Shown one piece after another: positions 1 through 12,239 of a stretch of 64,000 bases of DNA. This stretch comes from Chrysemys picta bellii (lineage: Eukaryota), in contig NC_088794.1 in assembly GCF_011386835.1 (NCBI RefSeq), forward strand, positions 90,892,001-90,956,000, in the 5' to 3' direction. The first letter of the stretch is position 1; every line of letters begins with the position of its first letter. A program made the translations under genes and the position numbers. A model generated the notes under the pieces. That model saw only the letters and a list, made by a program, of their open reading frames with translations, did no database searches and had not been told where the DNA came from.

Positions 1-880
1 CGTGAAAGATGTAAATTTTTAAAACCCAGGAAATAAATAATAATTTTTAAAAATCTGGGAAATTCCAGAAACAGAAAAGTTATATCCAAATCTAATTCAA
101 GTTACTGTGCGGAAACAATGTACATATCTGACACACCATTAACAAAATAAAAACACTTAACAGCAAGGAAACTCCTAGTTAAGGACATCACAAATCTCAC
201 ACCAGCCACATTAAAAAAAAACAATCAACAACAAACAAATTAGCCAAGAGTTTTTTGTTTTTTTTTAAATGGTGATTAAGTTTGGATGCTTCCGTTTTTG
301 GAGACCCAACTTGAGAGACCCTACGGGTGCTAAAATTCTGTTCACTCATCTTCTGAAAAATCAAGCTCCTTTCAAGTGTCTGAAGCTGGGCAGATCATTG
401 TTACCAGATATAACAGAGTCATCCATATTTCAGCACAACACAACTTTCACTCTCATTCAAGATGAATAGTATCTTTCCAGCAATCTCCAAATAGTAAATA
501 AAACAAAAAACCCTTTGGAAACAGAAATGTAAAAATTAGATATGTTCAAATTAATGGCAGTTTCACACACAGTACTTTTCTGTTATGATTTCCAGGTTTT
601 GCAGTTTTTTCTTTTAACAACTTTCAAATTTGCTTTTGTGTAGCTCAAGGAAGACACAATTTTTTTATATTTAAAAAAGTATGTGTCATTCATTTGAGGC
701 CCATAAACACATAATTGTGCATGCAAAAATGCAGGGTCAGCTACGTGTCTCAACTGCACATTCTGATCTGGCAAACATGTAAATACCTGCTTTACTTTAG
801 TCATGCAAATCATCTAATTGAAGCCAAAGGACTGCTCATCTGCTTACAGTTAAGAATGTGCTTAAGCATTTGCAGCATCA

Positions 881-1025
881 GGGCCACTGGATAACATTTT
901 CAAAAAACAACCTAAAATGTTTAGGAGCCTAAGTCCTATTTGAAAAATCAATAGGACTTAGGCTCCTGAGTGCTTACCTCACTTTTGATAATGGGACTTG
1001 GAGTGCTTGGGAAAATTTTACCCCA
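881..1025. repeat. Short palindromic MITE-like repeat with perfect 18-bp hairpin
   Basis: aggagcctaagtcctatt (923-940) and aataggacttaggctcct (950-967) are perfect reverse complements around a 9-nt loop. Outer boundaries are approximate. Confidence 0.6.
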
Positions 1026-2139
1026 AACTACCACAGTTTTGCACACATTTTGTACCTGGTCTGGATTTTCTAGGAATGGTGTCTCAGGGAAAGGCCTAGA
1101 TGGCCCAGAAAGGTACAGAATTAACATTTCCCATGTCCTGATTATTTGCTACTTTTACATTGGCTTGATCCACAGCACACTGGAGTTAGCGAATGTCTGA
1201 CTTCAATTGGCTTTGGATCAAGCCACTTGAGAAATTCAAAGCCCCAGTGGCTTCTTCAGGAAGCCCTTTTCCTAATTGTAAGAGCTGGCTCATCCAGGCA
1301 AGAAACAGAAGCAAAACCCTGTGATTTATGAGACCAATCACAGCTAACCAACACAAGTGTAATTTCAAATAGCAAGTATCAAATACTCGCCGTGAACTAG
1401 TCCAGCTCTATCTACAGAGGAAAGGGGGAGAAAGAGACAAAAAGTTAGTCCCATAAATCCCAATGACAAATTGAGAAAATAGCAATGTACTTGCAGATAG
1501 TCCACAAGTAGAAAAAGTGGTTTAATTTTACTGACTAAATTATCCACCAAGAATTATTTGCTCATCTCTAGAAATGGGTATGTTTGATTTTCAGACATCC
1601 AAGACCATGAAATTCCATTTGGGGCAATACTACACACTCACTGTCCTGCCCTTGAAGGCTAGAATTAGAAGGCTAAGAAGTTACAGCTTATCACAAGATA
1701 ACTGCTTCCAGCAAGGACTGTACGTGCTTTAATTCCCTTAGGGGGGAAGTTATCACAGCTTAGGCAGCCCTGGTAGCCACACAATGCACAGCTCACAGAA
1801 GGTCAGCGCAAAGCAAGAAGAGTTACACTGGGCAAAATCAGAACCGTCTTTACAACATTTACCCTGCTCATGCAGCCTTGCAAAATTCTACTCATTCAGT
1901 CACCTGCAGTGATTTTTTTTCTTTTTTCTTTTTTTTTTTTTTTTTGGATGAATGAGTTTAAATAGTTGTTCTGTATCATCATCCTGGTAAGGGTAGATAA
2001 GCAGATTTTGCTCCTGGGCTGGTAAATTTTCACGACTGTTTTGCAAGGCTGTGTGTTGATGACCAAAATGTGGTTTAAAAACCCATGACAAACAACATGT
2101 TTTTAATTTATATAGTCCTTTTCACTTGAAGACCTCCAA

Positions 2140-2250
2140 GTGCTTCACAAATATTCATTAGTTAACCTTGCAACACTTCCCTAACATAGATAAAATAAAA
2201 CAAGTATTATTATCTCCATTTTACTGACCAAGAAACTGAGGTAGCAAGAT
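2140..2250 (-). mobile_element. MIR/CORE-SINE fragment
   Basis: attatctccattttactgaccaagaaactgagg resembles the CORE reverse strand (attttacagatgaggaaactgagg). Confidence 0.55.
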
Positions 2251-3614
2251 TTGGACTTCATTCTTCACTGCATTGCACCTTGTGCAGTCATTTACTCTTG
2301 TACACACATGGGTATAAAGTGCTGTGGGCCAGATTCTCTGGTCCATCAAGTTCACTTTGCAGCATGTAAGAAGAGCAAAGTGAGCAAACTGGCTAGAGAT
2401 TTGGACTGGAGAATTCCCCCTCTGGAGGGAGAATCTCTGCTGATCTAAAGATGGTGGAGGTAGTGTAGACTGGGCTAAGGATGTGTATGAGGGGATAGGG
2501 AGGGGGATGTGTCAAGGGGAAGGAGACCCCCCCAATAGCACAGTTTACACTTGTGGCAAAAGTTAGAGTAAAGCCCCTGCTGCTAATTTCTGCCGGGGTT
2601 GGGTGGATGAAGATAAGGGTGTTACAAACGTTTCCCAGTGGTGGCTACTGTCTGCTAAGTACAAACTAGAGACAGAAATAGTGGAGAATAGGAGCTTACA
2701 GTTCCAACTATGCAGTGCTTTTGCACTCACTAGTCATCTACTTGCTGACGTGCTTTGCTGAATCAGAGCTGCGGGGACTTGTCCAAGGGCACAAGAGGAA
2801 TCAATATTTACTTTAGTCCAGGTAAAAGCTAAACCTGGTCAAAAATGGGGTGGAAATGTCAATGAATTTCCTCTTATCCATTTTTCATCAATGTTTTCCA
2901 AACACACTTAGAACTGATTGAAAAACAAAATAGGAGGAGTTGAGCAGTTAGAAATTCTGTCCATTTTGCTTACTAATTTCTAACATTTGGAAATTTTCTG
3001 ACCAGCTCTAATAAAAAACAAAACAAAACAAACAAAACAAAAAACTTCAGGAGTTCCTGTTCCCAGTCTTGTGCTCAGACTATGAGCCTGAATTTCACTC
3101 CAAAGTGATCTAGAAAGTATTATATCTGTGCACATGCTGTACAACCACAGGGTATACTATATCCAAATGTGCATTATATCTGTTGCTCTTCTATTTTGGC
3201 ATGCAGCACTGTATGCTATAAAATACTTGATGAAAATTAAAGTCTATTCCTCAAAATGTTAAATGTTTCACTGCTTGTCCTCCCCACCACGTGTGCTGTA
3301 TGTAGAACAGATGGTGGAAATCAAGGGATAATTTTGAGGTATTCTCTAGGTCATCCAGACATTGTCGGCTTGATGCAGAAATTACAGGGTGAAATTCTAT
3401 GGCCTGTGTTATGCAGGAGTTCAGACCAGATAATTGTAATGGTCTCTTCTATGCGTCTTTGAGTTGTCCAAATCTAACATTTGACCTAACTGTACCATAA
3501 AACTGCCATAGTTTCACTGAGATTGCCCTAAATAAATAAATACATTAAAAAAATAAACCATTTATGTCACAGAGAAATCTATACAAAGAAATAAAACATA
3601 CATAATGGGCTTAA

Positions 3615-3826
3615 GTATCAGAGGGGTAGCCGTGTTAGTCTGGATCTGTAAAAGCAGCAGAGAGTCCTGTGGCACCTTACTGACTAACAAACGTTTTGGA
3701 GCATGAGCTTTCGTGGGTGAATACCCACTTCGTCGGCTGCATGAGAAGTGGGTATTCACCCAGGAAAGCTCATGCTCCAAAACGTCTGTTAGTCTATAAG
3801 GTGCCACAGGACTCTTTGCTGCTTTT
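3615..3826 (-). mobile_element. Short palindromic Penelope-like (pLTR-derived) insertion with 13-bp TSD
   Basis: TSD ataatgggcttaa at 3602-3614 and 3827-3839. Inverted arms 3650-3731 and 3745-3826. Same family as 61443-61637. Confidence 0.9.
3701..3740 (-). ncRNA. Minimal hammerhead ribozyme motif (variant core CCGACGA)
   Basis: Minus strand: GCAG-CCGACGA-A-GUGGG(UAUUCA)CCCAC-GAA-AGCU-C-AUGC. Stem II is intact; stem I has an A.G mismatch at the closing pair. Confidence 0.6.
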
Positions 3827-3957
3827 ATAATGGGCTTAATTCTTCTCATACAAGGGTTATACTCATGCAACTCCACTAACTTCAAAGGGGTTACTCCCAA
3901 TTCACATCTGTTTAAGTGAAAGCAGAGTCCCTACACACACTAATCTCATGTTATTTG

Positions 3958-3976
3958 TTGCTCCCTCTGCTGGCCC
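3958..3976 (-). promoter_or_regulatory. CTCF-like motif
   Basis: Minus strand GGCCAGCAGAGGGAGCA resembles the CTCF core CCASYAGRKGGCRS. Motif match only. Confidence 0.35.
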
Positions 3977-4151
3977 TGCAGCAGCAGTTATCTGTGCAGA
4001 CAGACGCCCAAACAAGAAAGTAAGCAGAAATAAGCAGGGTTCATTTCAAATACTGCAACAAATGTAAGGGCTGGCTGGAACCAATGACTATCATATGGAA
4101 AAGGAAAAAAGAAATCCGCTAGAAAAAAATGTTATTTTTAAGCATTGGAGA

Positions 4152-5200
4152 TAGGGTGACCAGACGTCCCGATTTTATCGGGACCGTCCCGATATTTCCT
4201 TGTTTGTCCCGCGTCCCGACCGACGTGCGGTCGGGACAACCGGACAAACAAGGAAATGCCCCGAGCCTCGAGCCCGGAAGTGCTCGCGCCCCCCCCCCTG
4301 CCCCGACTCCGCCCCCTCCTCCCCCGATTGGCTCCCTCCCCGAATCCCCGCCTCTTCCCCGGGCTCACCATTCCCCCTCCCTCCACAAGCGCTGGAGGGA
4401 GGCCCGGGAGACGCAGGGGAAGCGCGGGGCCGGGGTGAGTAACAGTCCGGCCTGGCCCAGTGCAGGCAGGACTCAGTTGGGTGGTTGGGAGAGGAGGGGG
4501 GCGACCCGCGGGGCCAGGCGACGGGGGAGGAAGTGGCCATGGCGCTCGGCGGCTCTGGCGCCCCCGAACTCCCCGAGCCGGGGCCTGCTGCGGGGACCCA
4601 GCAGCGCGTACGCTGGGCCCAGCCCCTGGCTAGGCACGTCTGGGCTGCCCAGCTGGTGCTATCCCGCGGCGGCCCCGGGGCGGAGGCATCGGCAGCCCAG
4701 CCCCGTTCGTTCCCCTGCGGGACGGGGGGGCTGGGGCCTGCTGCCCCCACTCCGGGGCCGCCGCGGGATAGCACCAGCTGGGCAGCAGCCCAGACGCTGG
4801 CCAGGGGCTGGGCGCGTGCAGCGTGCGCGCTGCTGGGGGTTCGGGGGCGCCAGAGCCGCAGCCGCCGAGCGCCATGGCCGCTTCCTCCCCGGCGGCAGTG
4901 GGAGCTGCAGCAGCGGCTGCTCCCGAGTCCCGCTGCCCGGGGGTGAGAACAGCCACCGCCTGGCCCCGCGGGCCGCCCCCCTCCTCGCCCTACCACCCAA
5001 CTGAGTCCTGCCTGCTCGGGGCCAGGCCGGACTCTCACTACCCCGGCCCCGCGCTTCCCCTGAGTCTCCCGGGCCTCCCTCCAGCGCTTGCGGAGGAAGT
5101 TTTTTTTTTTTTTTTTTTTGGCCCCGCCCCCGCCACGCCCCCCCCCCACGTCACCCCCCCCCGCGTCCCGATATTTGTCTTTGGTGATCTGGTCACCCTA
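4152..5200. mobile_element. Non-autonomous hAT element (fold-back MITE), CpG-rich
   Basis: TIR TAGGGTGACCAGA / TCTGGTCACCCTA and perfect 8-bp TSD attggaga (4144-4151, 5201-5208). Internal imperfect palindrome 4380-5096 centred at 4716/4717. Confidence 0.92.
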
Positions 5201-5324
5201 ATTGGAGAGTATGTTACGAATAAAACCCTCCATTGTTTAAAAAAATGCATAAGTGATTGAATAAAAAGCAGATTTTAAAAACATATTTTAAGTTTAAGAT
5301 TTGGGGGAATATTGCCAATAAAAC

Positions 5325-5420
5325 ATGGATTGGTAATGGGTTATGGAATTCCTCACCTTTAGGTCAATTCCATCCCTGTCAGTAGAGATCCAAAGTTATT
5401 ACCATCTTCTGGCTGTCAGG
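5325..5420 (+). mobile_element. LF-SINE 5' remnant
   Basis: ggattggtaatgggttatgg...tcacctttaggtca...gtcagtagagatccaaagttattaccatcttctggctgt resembles the LF-SINE head as I recall it. Confidence 0.6.
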
Positions 5421-5802
5421 TCAAATTTGGGCCAAAATTTAACATTTGCAATAATGTTTACAAAATCTGAGATCAATTCCTACACAAAAAACACCATTGT
5501 GGTGAAATTAAGTCTGCAGGCACATATCTGGGGTTTGAACTCTGATAAACAACAATTTTTAGGGTCTCATAGTTCCAGTGCACCTTGCTCAATTCACTTT
5601 AACTTTTACAGAAATGTTCTAATTTAGCCACAGATCTAACCTACCAATTTTGATTCCAATATAATCCTTTTTGCAGATTTTGGGGTTTGTAATATAGCAG
5701 AAACTCAAAGGCAATTATGGAATACATTACAGTTTCCATGTTTTTTTTTAAACGTTAGATAAAACATTTTATAAACAAACTTTTCCCTCCGACATTTGTA
5801 AG

Positions 5803-6030
5803 CAGGGCCGGCTCCAGGGTTTTGGCCGCCCCAAGCAGCCAAAACCAAAAAAAAAAAAAAAAAAGCCGCGGCCGCGATCTGCGGCGGCAATTCGGCGGGA
5901 GGTCCTTCACTCCGAGCCAGAGTGAGGGACCGTCCACCGAATTGCCGCCGAATACCTGTACCTGCCGCCCCTCTCCCAAGCGGCCGCCCCAAGCACCTCC
6001 TTGAGAAGCTGGTGCCTGGAGCCGGCCCTA
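5803..6030. mobile_element. hAT MITE, CAGGGCCGGCTCCAGG family (copy 1)
   Basis: TIR (c)agggccggctccagg / cctggagccggccct(a); 8-bp TSD tttgtaag (5795-5802, 6031-6038); central hairpin ggtccttcactc...gagtgagggacc. Confidence 0.9.
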
Positions 6031-6261
6031 TTTGTAAGTGACACATTGCAGTCTTGCACTACTGTATGAGAACAAAGAGTGTAACTGACTAGAAAATGAC
6101 TGGAACCAATGATGAAACTTATTAACCTATTTTAATTGGCCAAGCTGAGAGAAATGCTAAAAGGAAACAGTCTACATAGTGAAAAGTAGATTTGACTTTT
6201 TTTCAGCTCTAATAATCAAGGATGTTATTTGAAACACAGGTAAGGAAAATTGAGACAAAGA

Positions 6262-6480
6262 TGATCTTGTGGCTAAGGCACTGGACTGGGACTAAGGAGA
6301 TGTGGGTTCTGTTCTTGGTTCAGTTTCCGGCTTTGCCACATACCTATTGTGTGACCATGGGCCAGTCATTTAATCTCTGTATGAGTAAGTTCCCTGCTAC
6401 GTAGTTGTGCAGTGCCTAGCAGAATGGGGCTCTAGCTCTTGGTTGGGTCTATAGCCCCTATCAGAACAAAAATAATAAAA
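6262..6480 (+). mobile_element. CORE/MIR-like SINE with L2-type tail
   Basis: tRNA-like head (gtggctaaggcactggactggga), core (tgtgtgaccatgggccagtcatttaatctctgt) and tail (gtgcagtgcctagcagaatgggg...aataataaaa). Confidence 0.7.
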
Positions 6481-8229
6481 ATACTAAAACTGTCTTTTGA
6501 AAATATATGATTTTTAACTTGACTGTCCATTTAATGCCCCCAATCCTGAGAGGCACTGAACTCCTGGGCTATGATAAGCAACCTTCAGGATCAGGTGTAA
6601 TGTCAGTAAGAGGATTTGAAGTGTTTGGATGAAGGGCGCTATACATTGCCTATAAAGATCCATGTGCATTCATACACAGACGCAGTGATTTATTTCCATG
6701 AGCCCTAATGCTTATTTCTTAAGATATGAAAGTACCATTGAAAGATGGAGTCCAGCACATGTGAAATTAAATGTCATAAATATTTAGTGTAATTCATAAT
6801 TGCCTGGTAATACAAAGTGATAATGGTGGCTATATTGTCACTTTAAGTAGCTACTGCAAAAGAACTTATGTAGTACTTTATTTCTGCCGCATGGTCTATG
6901 TGACAGAATGGCTGGGTTTTCATAATTAGTATTAACATAAAAATTGCTAGACTGTTGATCACATGATTTTATTATAGCTACCCATGCAACTGTCCCAGTC
7001 TACAATGGCCAAACAGAGGTGGTTGTCCAAAGGTTGCTGTAGCAACAGCTATTTAGGAGTTAGATCACAAGATGTGAAGACGATAATTACTGTTAAATGA
7101 AAATATTTCACAAACTAAATTCCACAGGCACAGCGCTGGACACTAAGAGCATTGTTAATTATCAGAGAGATTTTTGTGAAATGTTCACATTAGTATGGAA
7201 CTAAAAAATGACCGAGAAAATACTTTAATGCAATTGCCTTTCACACTAAAGGGGGCTTGTATTGAATGTATTTCTTTTAATCATTAACCTTTTCGATTAC
7301 CAAATGCAATTGGCTGAGACATGGTCCTGTTTTTTGACCTCTACAGATGAAAAGTGCTATACAGTGCAAAAGTATATTGTATTATCATTATGATTTTATT
7401 ACAATAGAGTAATTTCTCCTTTACACTGGCGTAAGATCACGATCAGTCCCCTGGTCTTGATTTTGTCCATGGTTTGTAACCCTTATTTGGCAATTACAGT
7501 ATTTCCTTCCTTTTACCCATCTTATTAATAACCTCTGCTATCATGGGGATAATGAGCCAAAACCTGGTCTCACTGAAGTCAACAAGAATTTTGCCTCTGA
7601 CCTCCCTGGAGTCAAGACTTGGCTCTGCATCTTTTCTACCTCCTACTCCACAAATGACTGCACTAAAACCAATTCCCTGGTATTGTTGCTCACCACTCAG
7701 TTCCCAGACACCTTCTGCTGCCAAACATTTTTTAATATTTTGTTAATTTATATTTTTGGTTGAGGGTGCGTGTTTTATACTGGCTGTGTCTCTCCTCTTG
7801 AAAACCACATACAGCTCCCAGTGTGTTCCCTCTTTCTCATACATTTATGACCCTAAAGACAGTACGCCTTTATTACTTACTGCATCGAGGAATGCACCAC
7901 ACTGCACTCTATCGGACACAGCTGCTGATCCTCCACATCTGCTTTACAATAACTCATTCAGCATCCAGACTCTCCATTTCAAATTAGTTTAGTGGTGGGG
8001 AGGAGCACCAAGGATAGCAAGGGTGAAAATCGAGGGGACTAAAACACACACACAATGTGCCACATCCTCACTAACTGTTATGATTAACTATTTATATTGC
8101 AGTAGCACCTATTGTGCTAGGCACTACATAAACTTATCAATGCACTATTCTGCACACAGATCAGTGGTCTCACCCCTCTTCCTAGCAAAGATTTCACAAC
8201 AGATGCCATAGTGAAGCTTCATGTTACTA

Positions 8230-8480
8230 ACACTTTGGAGGTCACTATACCAGGGTTCAAAAAAGAACTAGATATGTTCATGGAGGATAGGTCCATCAAT
8301 GGCTTTTAGCCAGGATGGGCAGGGATGATGACCCTAGCCACAGTTTACCAGAAGCTGGGAATGGGTGACAGGGGATGGATCACTTGATTTCCTCTGGGGC
8401 ACCTGGCACTGGCCACTGTCGGGAGACAGGATACTGGGCTGGATGGACCTTTGGTCTGACTCAGTATGGCTGTTCTTATG
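8230..8480 (+). mobile_element. CR1 LINE 3' end
   Basis: gggttcaaaaaagaactagatatgttcatggaggataggtccatcaatggc...ggatactgggctggatggacctttggtctgactcagtatggctgttcttatg is a typical reptilian CR1 3' UTR. Confidence 0.85.
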
Positions 8481-8815
8481 ATAACTGATACCTACTTGTC
8501 CCGTTATATCCTTATGAATGGAAGACAAGATTCATGTAAGTGGGTTCAGCTCCTGTTGGTTTCAATGAGAGTTACACCCACTTATCCCAGGGATGAATTT
8601 GACCTGCAGACTTGTATTTCTTTTATTTTCTAAAAAAAGAATAATGCAATGGACTTGATAAAATCTCAAAGAGAAAAAGAAGGAGACAGGCAAAGACAGA
8701 GTCCAGAGACTAAACGCCAGTGCTGTGCGTATGCCAGTCTTCACTTGATCCATGACACCTCAGTGAATGCAACACAGAGGAGAGAGAAAGTGAGAAAGAA
8801 ACACAAAACACGTAC

Positions 8816-8923
8816 CAGGTTTAATTTCCAGAAGCTTCAGCCTGGAGTCCTCAGGAGGATGTAAGCGTCTCTTTTTGCGCCAGCAGCGAGCAGGATATGT
8901 GTACAGCTGACCTGGGGCCAGTC
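8816..8923 (-). CDS. DPF3: DPF3 (double PHD fingers 3 / BAF45C) coding exon 3, Requiem N-terminal domain
   Basis: Minus strand reads ttttaacccacag|GACTGGCC...AAACCTG|gtacgt, 108 bp, phase 1/1. It translates (G)[35 protein letters not shown], matching DPF3 rather than DPF1 (LNILEDP) or DPF2 (RRWRKKRRAH). Confidence 0.97.
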
Positions 8924-9489
8924 CTGTGGGTTAAAAGCAAAAAATAAATGTGGTCACATTCGCATTTGTAAATCCCCATTATTTTCTCTAGCATCTCTGT
9001 TTCTCCATAGCCAGTATTACCATACTATAGGGTTCAATCCTGCAAGGTGAGAAGCAGCTCAACTGAAGGTATTCGGCATCCCAGAAGCAGCTCAGCATCT
9101 TGCAGGATCAACCCTACAGAGAAGCCACACGTCTCACTAACATATTTCACTCTGTGCAGGGGTTCTCTGCAACCAGAGCTCCACATAAAAAAAAAAAAAA
9201 ATTATAATAGATAGGATGGGAATGGCTTTGACACCGTGGACACAAATGGTCATTTTTGAACAACTTGACAATATCAAACCCATGTCAATAATGCAGAACA
9301 ATCCTACCATATGATGATAGCTGAGCGGTCTAAGCCAGCCTGGCACAACAGCAAAGAACATTCACCAAACCAGGAACAAAATCTACTCCCCAAACCAGAT
9401 GATGATAATGAAAAAAACTGACACCCTACTTACTTGTGAAAACTGGGCCATCCAGTTGCTCACCCCAAAAGAATAAGCAAATCAAATTT

Positions 9490-9830
9490 GGCAAGTGCAG
9501 CCTAAGTCTTCAGTTTGAAATATGGAGACTCCCAGAAAATAAAGTTCAAATCCCAGCAGGGTTGAGCCACCCTTTATCCTCTTGAGGCAGATAAACTGAG
9601 CATCAAGAAATTTACTGTGGGATGGGAGAAGCTTTTGGAGGAGATCCTGAAAATAAAGTTCTTGTCTGCCCTGCATGGATTGACACCTTCTGGAAGAATG
9701 GGGATTGGCTCAGGTGGTCTTAGCAACAATTTCCCTTCCCTGTTATGCAGTGCAACAGTTGTTAACACCCTACCTCAGAGAATGCTGCATTTCAGTGGGT
9801 TGTGTATAGTCTATGACCGGCTTTGGAAGG
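9490..9830 (+). mobile_element. Ancient tRNA-derived SINE remnant (Amn/Deu-type)
   Basis: gttcaaatcccagcagggttgagccaccctttatcctcttgaggcagataaactgag head and gctgcatttcagtggg tail. Confidence 0.4.
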
Positions 9831-11479
9831 AAAAACACTGTGAATTACCTAGCTCTTCCGTAGTGCTTGATATACTTCTTCCAGGCACTTTACAAACCTT
9901 AACTAGTATTTAAATTGCTATTATTAAGGTATATATTGTGACTGGCTGTGGGTCATTGTGGGGGAGCATACAAGGACTCTAATCCTCTCACAAACATGCC
10001 CTGTGCAGGGGCATTCCCAGCCTTACTCTGGTGTAAAAAATTGTGTGAGAGGAGAATCAGGCTCCTTGACCTGTCCCCTTGGGATGGGGGATCTGGGTAA
10101 AATCCTGCACCTGAGCTTTAACCCAAAACCTAACTTTTCAAATCTAAAAAAAAAAAAAAAAGAAAAAAAAAGCTTTTGTTCTATTTTTTCTCGGTCTCTC
10201 ACAAATTGGCACTTCTAGGCTCCAGCAAAGATGGTGAATCACAAACACCAAAATACTACAAACTCAGCTGGAATCAGGAAGTTACAGAAATATTGTAGGA
10301 AGGCCTCCAGCCCAATCCGACACCAGATGGACTCAGATAAGCTCCCGCAGGCCTCCAAACTGACCCTATGAACCTTTTGAGGGGAGCTCTCCTCTGCTAT
10401 TCAATAAATCCCCGCTCAGCAGTGTTCAGCGAGCCACTAAACAAACTTTCACTTGATCCAAACAGGTTTGATACCATTTTCAAGAGGGAAGATTTACACC
10501 ATTGTCCTCCACCCCCCGACCACCAATCTATCAACACGATGACACAAGTAAAGTGTGAACCTTTGGTCATTTTTGTGGAGGAGGTGGCAAGAGAGGGCCT
10601 TTTACATCTGCTTTGAACCTACCTCCCCTACTCTGACTCTGCCTGTGCCCACGGTAAAATATGTACAGTTCTTGCCCTCTCTAGTACTTGCTGGGTTGTC
10701 TTGCACTGCTGTGCCTTATAGGGCAACCACAAAAGGTTCCAACCATTTGCTTATAGAGGAAATAGCAGGACCTGCAGTGAGTTATGTTGTTTATCTCATT
10801 AGTGTAGGAGAGTCATAATTCAAAGCTTGCGTGAAAGGCTGGGGGAGGAAGGGAAAAGAGGGAGGGAGTTATGTGCAGTATTGTGTGAAATTAACCCTGA
10901 ACTGTGTCGCGAGAGGCAGCCTTCTGACTCCTTTACAAGAGGGCTGTAAGAAACCAAGTTTATCCATGGGGCATCTGACTCTCCTCTCCCCCTTTTAAAC
11001 CCTGTGTAAGTGAAAGGAGGTTCTGGATCTTTTCCGTTTGCCTGCTTCAGGTTAGAGATGGGGGAAGTGAAGGTCAGTAACAAAGAAAAGGGGTGCATAC
11101 AATCCAGACACCAGAGTGGCTGGTGGAGAATTCTCATTGGTTTAAGATTGCCACAGCACACTATGTGCAGCCTGGAAATGGCAATGCTCCCACCACAGAT
11201 AGATGCTGTGTCCTGTCACAATGGGGCTACAAGAGATGGATGGTACAGAGAGACCCAAGGGAGCTCTAAATGAGCTAATCACATCAAGGAACAGCGAATA
11301 TGGGGGAGGAGGGATTCTTGGTTTCTTTCTAAATCATTATAGTTTAAATAAAAAAGACCTCGGGTTTGGTCGCTGATGCAGATACAGGAGGTTTCAGCCT
11401 ATTTAAATTCTAACCTAAACATGTCTTGCCACTAATCAGTCCTCACCACACCTCAACTCACCCTGTAAGAAAGGGAAAC

Positions 11480-11640
11480 TCTACTATCTCCATTTCATAG
11501 ACAGGGAAACTGAGGCACCGTGATGCAAGTAGGACTAAGGTTGACAAATTTGCCCAAGATAACAGTGAGTTAGTTACAAACCTGGCCAAAGAACCCAGCT
11601 CTCCTGGCCCTGTGCTTTAAACACTAGACAATGATTCCTC
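11480..11640 (-). mobile_element. MIR/CORE-SINE
   Basis: ctatctccatttcatagacagggaaactgaggcac...gacaaatttgcccaag...gaacccagctctcctgg. Confidence 0.7.
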
Positions 11641-11919
11641 CCATAAGTGTGTCTGGTACAAGGCTGCCTTGTGCCATCCTTGTAGCATATGCTCCCTCCA
11701 GCATCTGGCTTCTACGTATAATAAATGTATACCTGCTTATGTGTGTGAGTGAGTTCAAATCGATAAAAATAGCAGTATCTCACTCATAATCAGATGCTGC
11801 AGGAACAGAAGTTCTTGGGATAAATACATTAATAACAACAAGAAAAAGCAAAAATTAGCTTGTTTTGCCAAAGCATAATCTCCCTGGAACAGGGAGCTTT
11901 CAGATGAAACAAAACCAAC

Positions 11920-12170
11920 AGTGGTCACTAAAGATCCCAGGAGACTTTTCGTGAAGGAAGGCCCCCAAAGACCTAGACGAATTCCAGCTCAGGTAACTAC
12001 ATTCTGCCTACCCAAACTCCCCCTGCAGTTTCGCGTGGATAAGGTATTACCATCCTTCAGAACTTATCCTAAATGATAATGTAGTGTTGCTGTGCACTAA
12101 TAACACAGCTTCTACATCCCACACCAGGAGTGGCTGCATTTCAGTGATCGGTGAAGTGACTCCCACGTAT
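11920..12170 (+). mobile_element. AmnSINE1/DeuSINE remnant
   Basis: cactaaagatcccaggagacttttcgt...gtaactacattctgcctacccaaactccccctgcagttt...gtagtgttgctgtgc...gtggctgcatttcagtg resembles the Deu domain and tail. Confidence 0.65.
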
Positions 12171-12239
12171 CCTTTACTTAGAGCTGGTCTTACTTTGGGT
12201 ATTGTGAGGTTTAACTAATTAGGGCCGACCCTAGCCTCA

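Noticed and set aside
4129-5260. Long ORFs of 291 aa, 324 aa and others on both strands
   Set aside because: Low-complexity G/P/R/A translations caused by stop-codon scarcity in a GC-rich palindromic MITE; no recognisable domain.
1-8800. DPF3 exon 4 or a bird-type cassette exon between exons 3 and 4
   Set aside because: No matching minus-strand translation was found by eye. tBLASTn would be needed to exclude a diverged small exon.
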